This document shows, piece by piece, positions 63,853 to 64,000 of a stretch of DNA of 64,000 nucleotides. This DNA comes from Glaucostegus cemiculus. Its lineage: Eukaryota. The position numbers and the translations under genes are program-made. The stretch lies in the NCBI GenBank assembly GCA_976551045.1, contig CDPCPM010000005.1, forward strand, positions 7,564,001 to 7,628,000, given 5' to 3'. Below the pieces are notes generated by a model, which had not been told where the DNA came from, did not search any database, and saw nothing but the letters and a program-made list of their open reading frames with translations. Numbering within the stretch: position 1 is the stretch's first letter; each line of letters opens with the position of its first letter.

Positions 63853-64000
63853 TTTATTGTCACATGTACTAAGGTACTGTGAAAAACTTGTCTTGCATAC
63901 TGTCTACATAGATCAATTCATTACAACAGTGCATTGAGGTAGTACAAGGGAAAACAATAACAGAATGAAGTATTACGGTTACAGAGAAAGTGCAGTTAGA
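63853..64000 (-). mobile_element. Rex1/Babar LINE 3' end (runs off the window)
   Basis: tttattgtcacatgtactaaggtactgtgaaaaacttgtcttgcatac is the reverse complement of the 3' end at about 13260-13312. Confidence 0.85.

Overview
Eukaryotic (vertebrate) genomic DNA, AT-rich and repeat-dense. The repeat complement (V-SINEs with an HE1-like tail, CR1, Rex1/Babar, RTE, L2, L1, Deu-domain SINEs, Penelope-type terminal fragments) points to a cartilaginous fish, probably a ray/batoid (inference). The only well-supported gene is the 3' half of CNKSR3 on the minus strand: seven GT-AG coding exons (62409-62468, 61870-61938, 59434-59580, 58995-59119, 51864-52069, 49428-49517, 49033-49307) that splice in frame from the PDZ domain to the C-terminal ...RFKLLTH*, followed by a repeat-free putative 3' UTR. 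The rest (1-46 kb) is non-coding and, if synteny with mammals holds, is the CNKSR3-IPCEF1 interval; I found no IPCEF1 PH-domain exons. Best leads: an in-frame GTGAGT donor inside the CNKSR3 terminal exon that could allow read-through splicing, candidate downstream first exons (one beside an ETS/RUNX motif cluster), a palindromic Penelope-type element with a 13-bp TSD and hammerhead-like relics, a 161-bp inverted duplication splitting a retroposon tail, a CpG-rich solo LTR with a CRE-ETS motif, a 32-bp-arm intronic hairpin, and a cluster of STAT5-type motifs. Nothing here is demonstrably a wholly new biological system. Repeat boundaries were estimated by eye and no database search was run.
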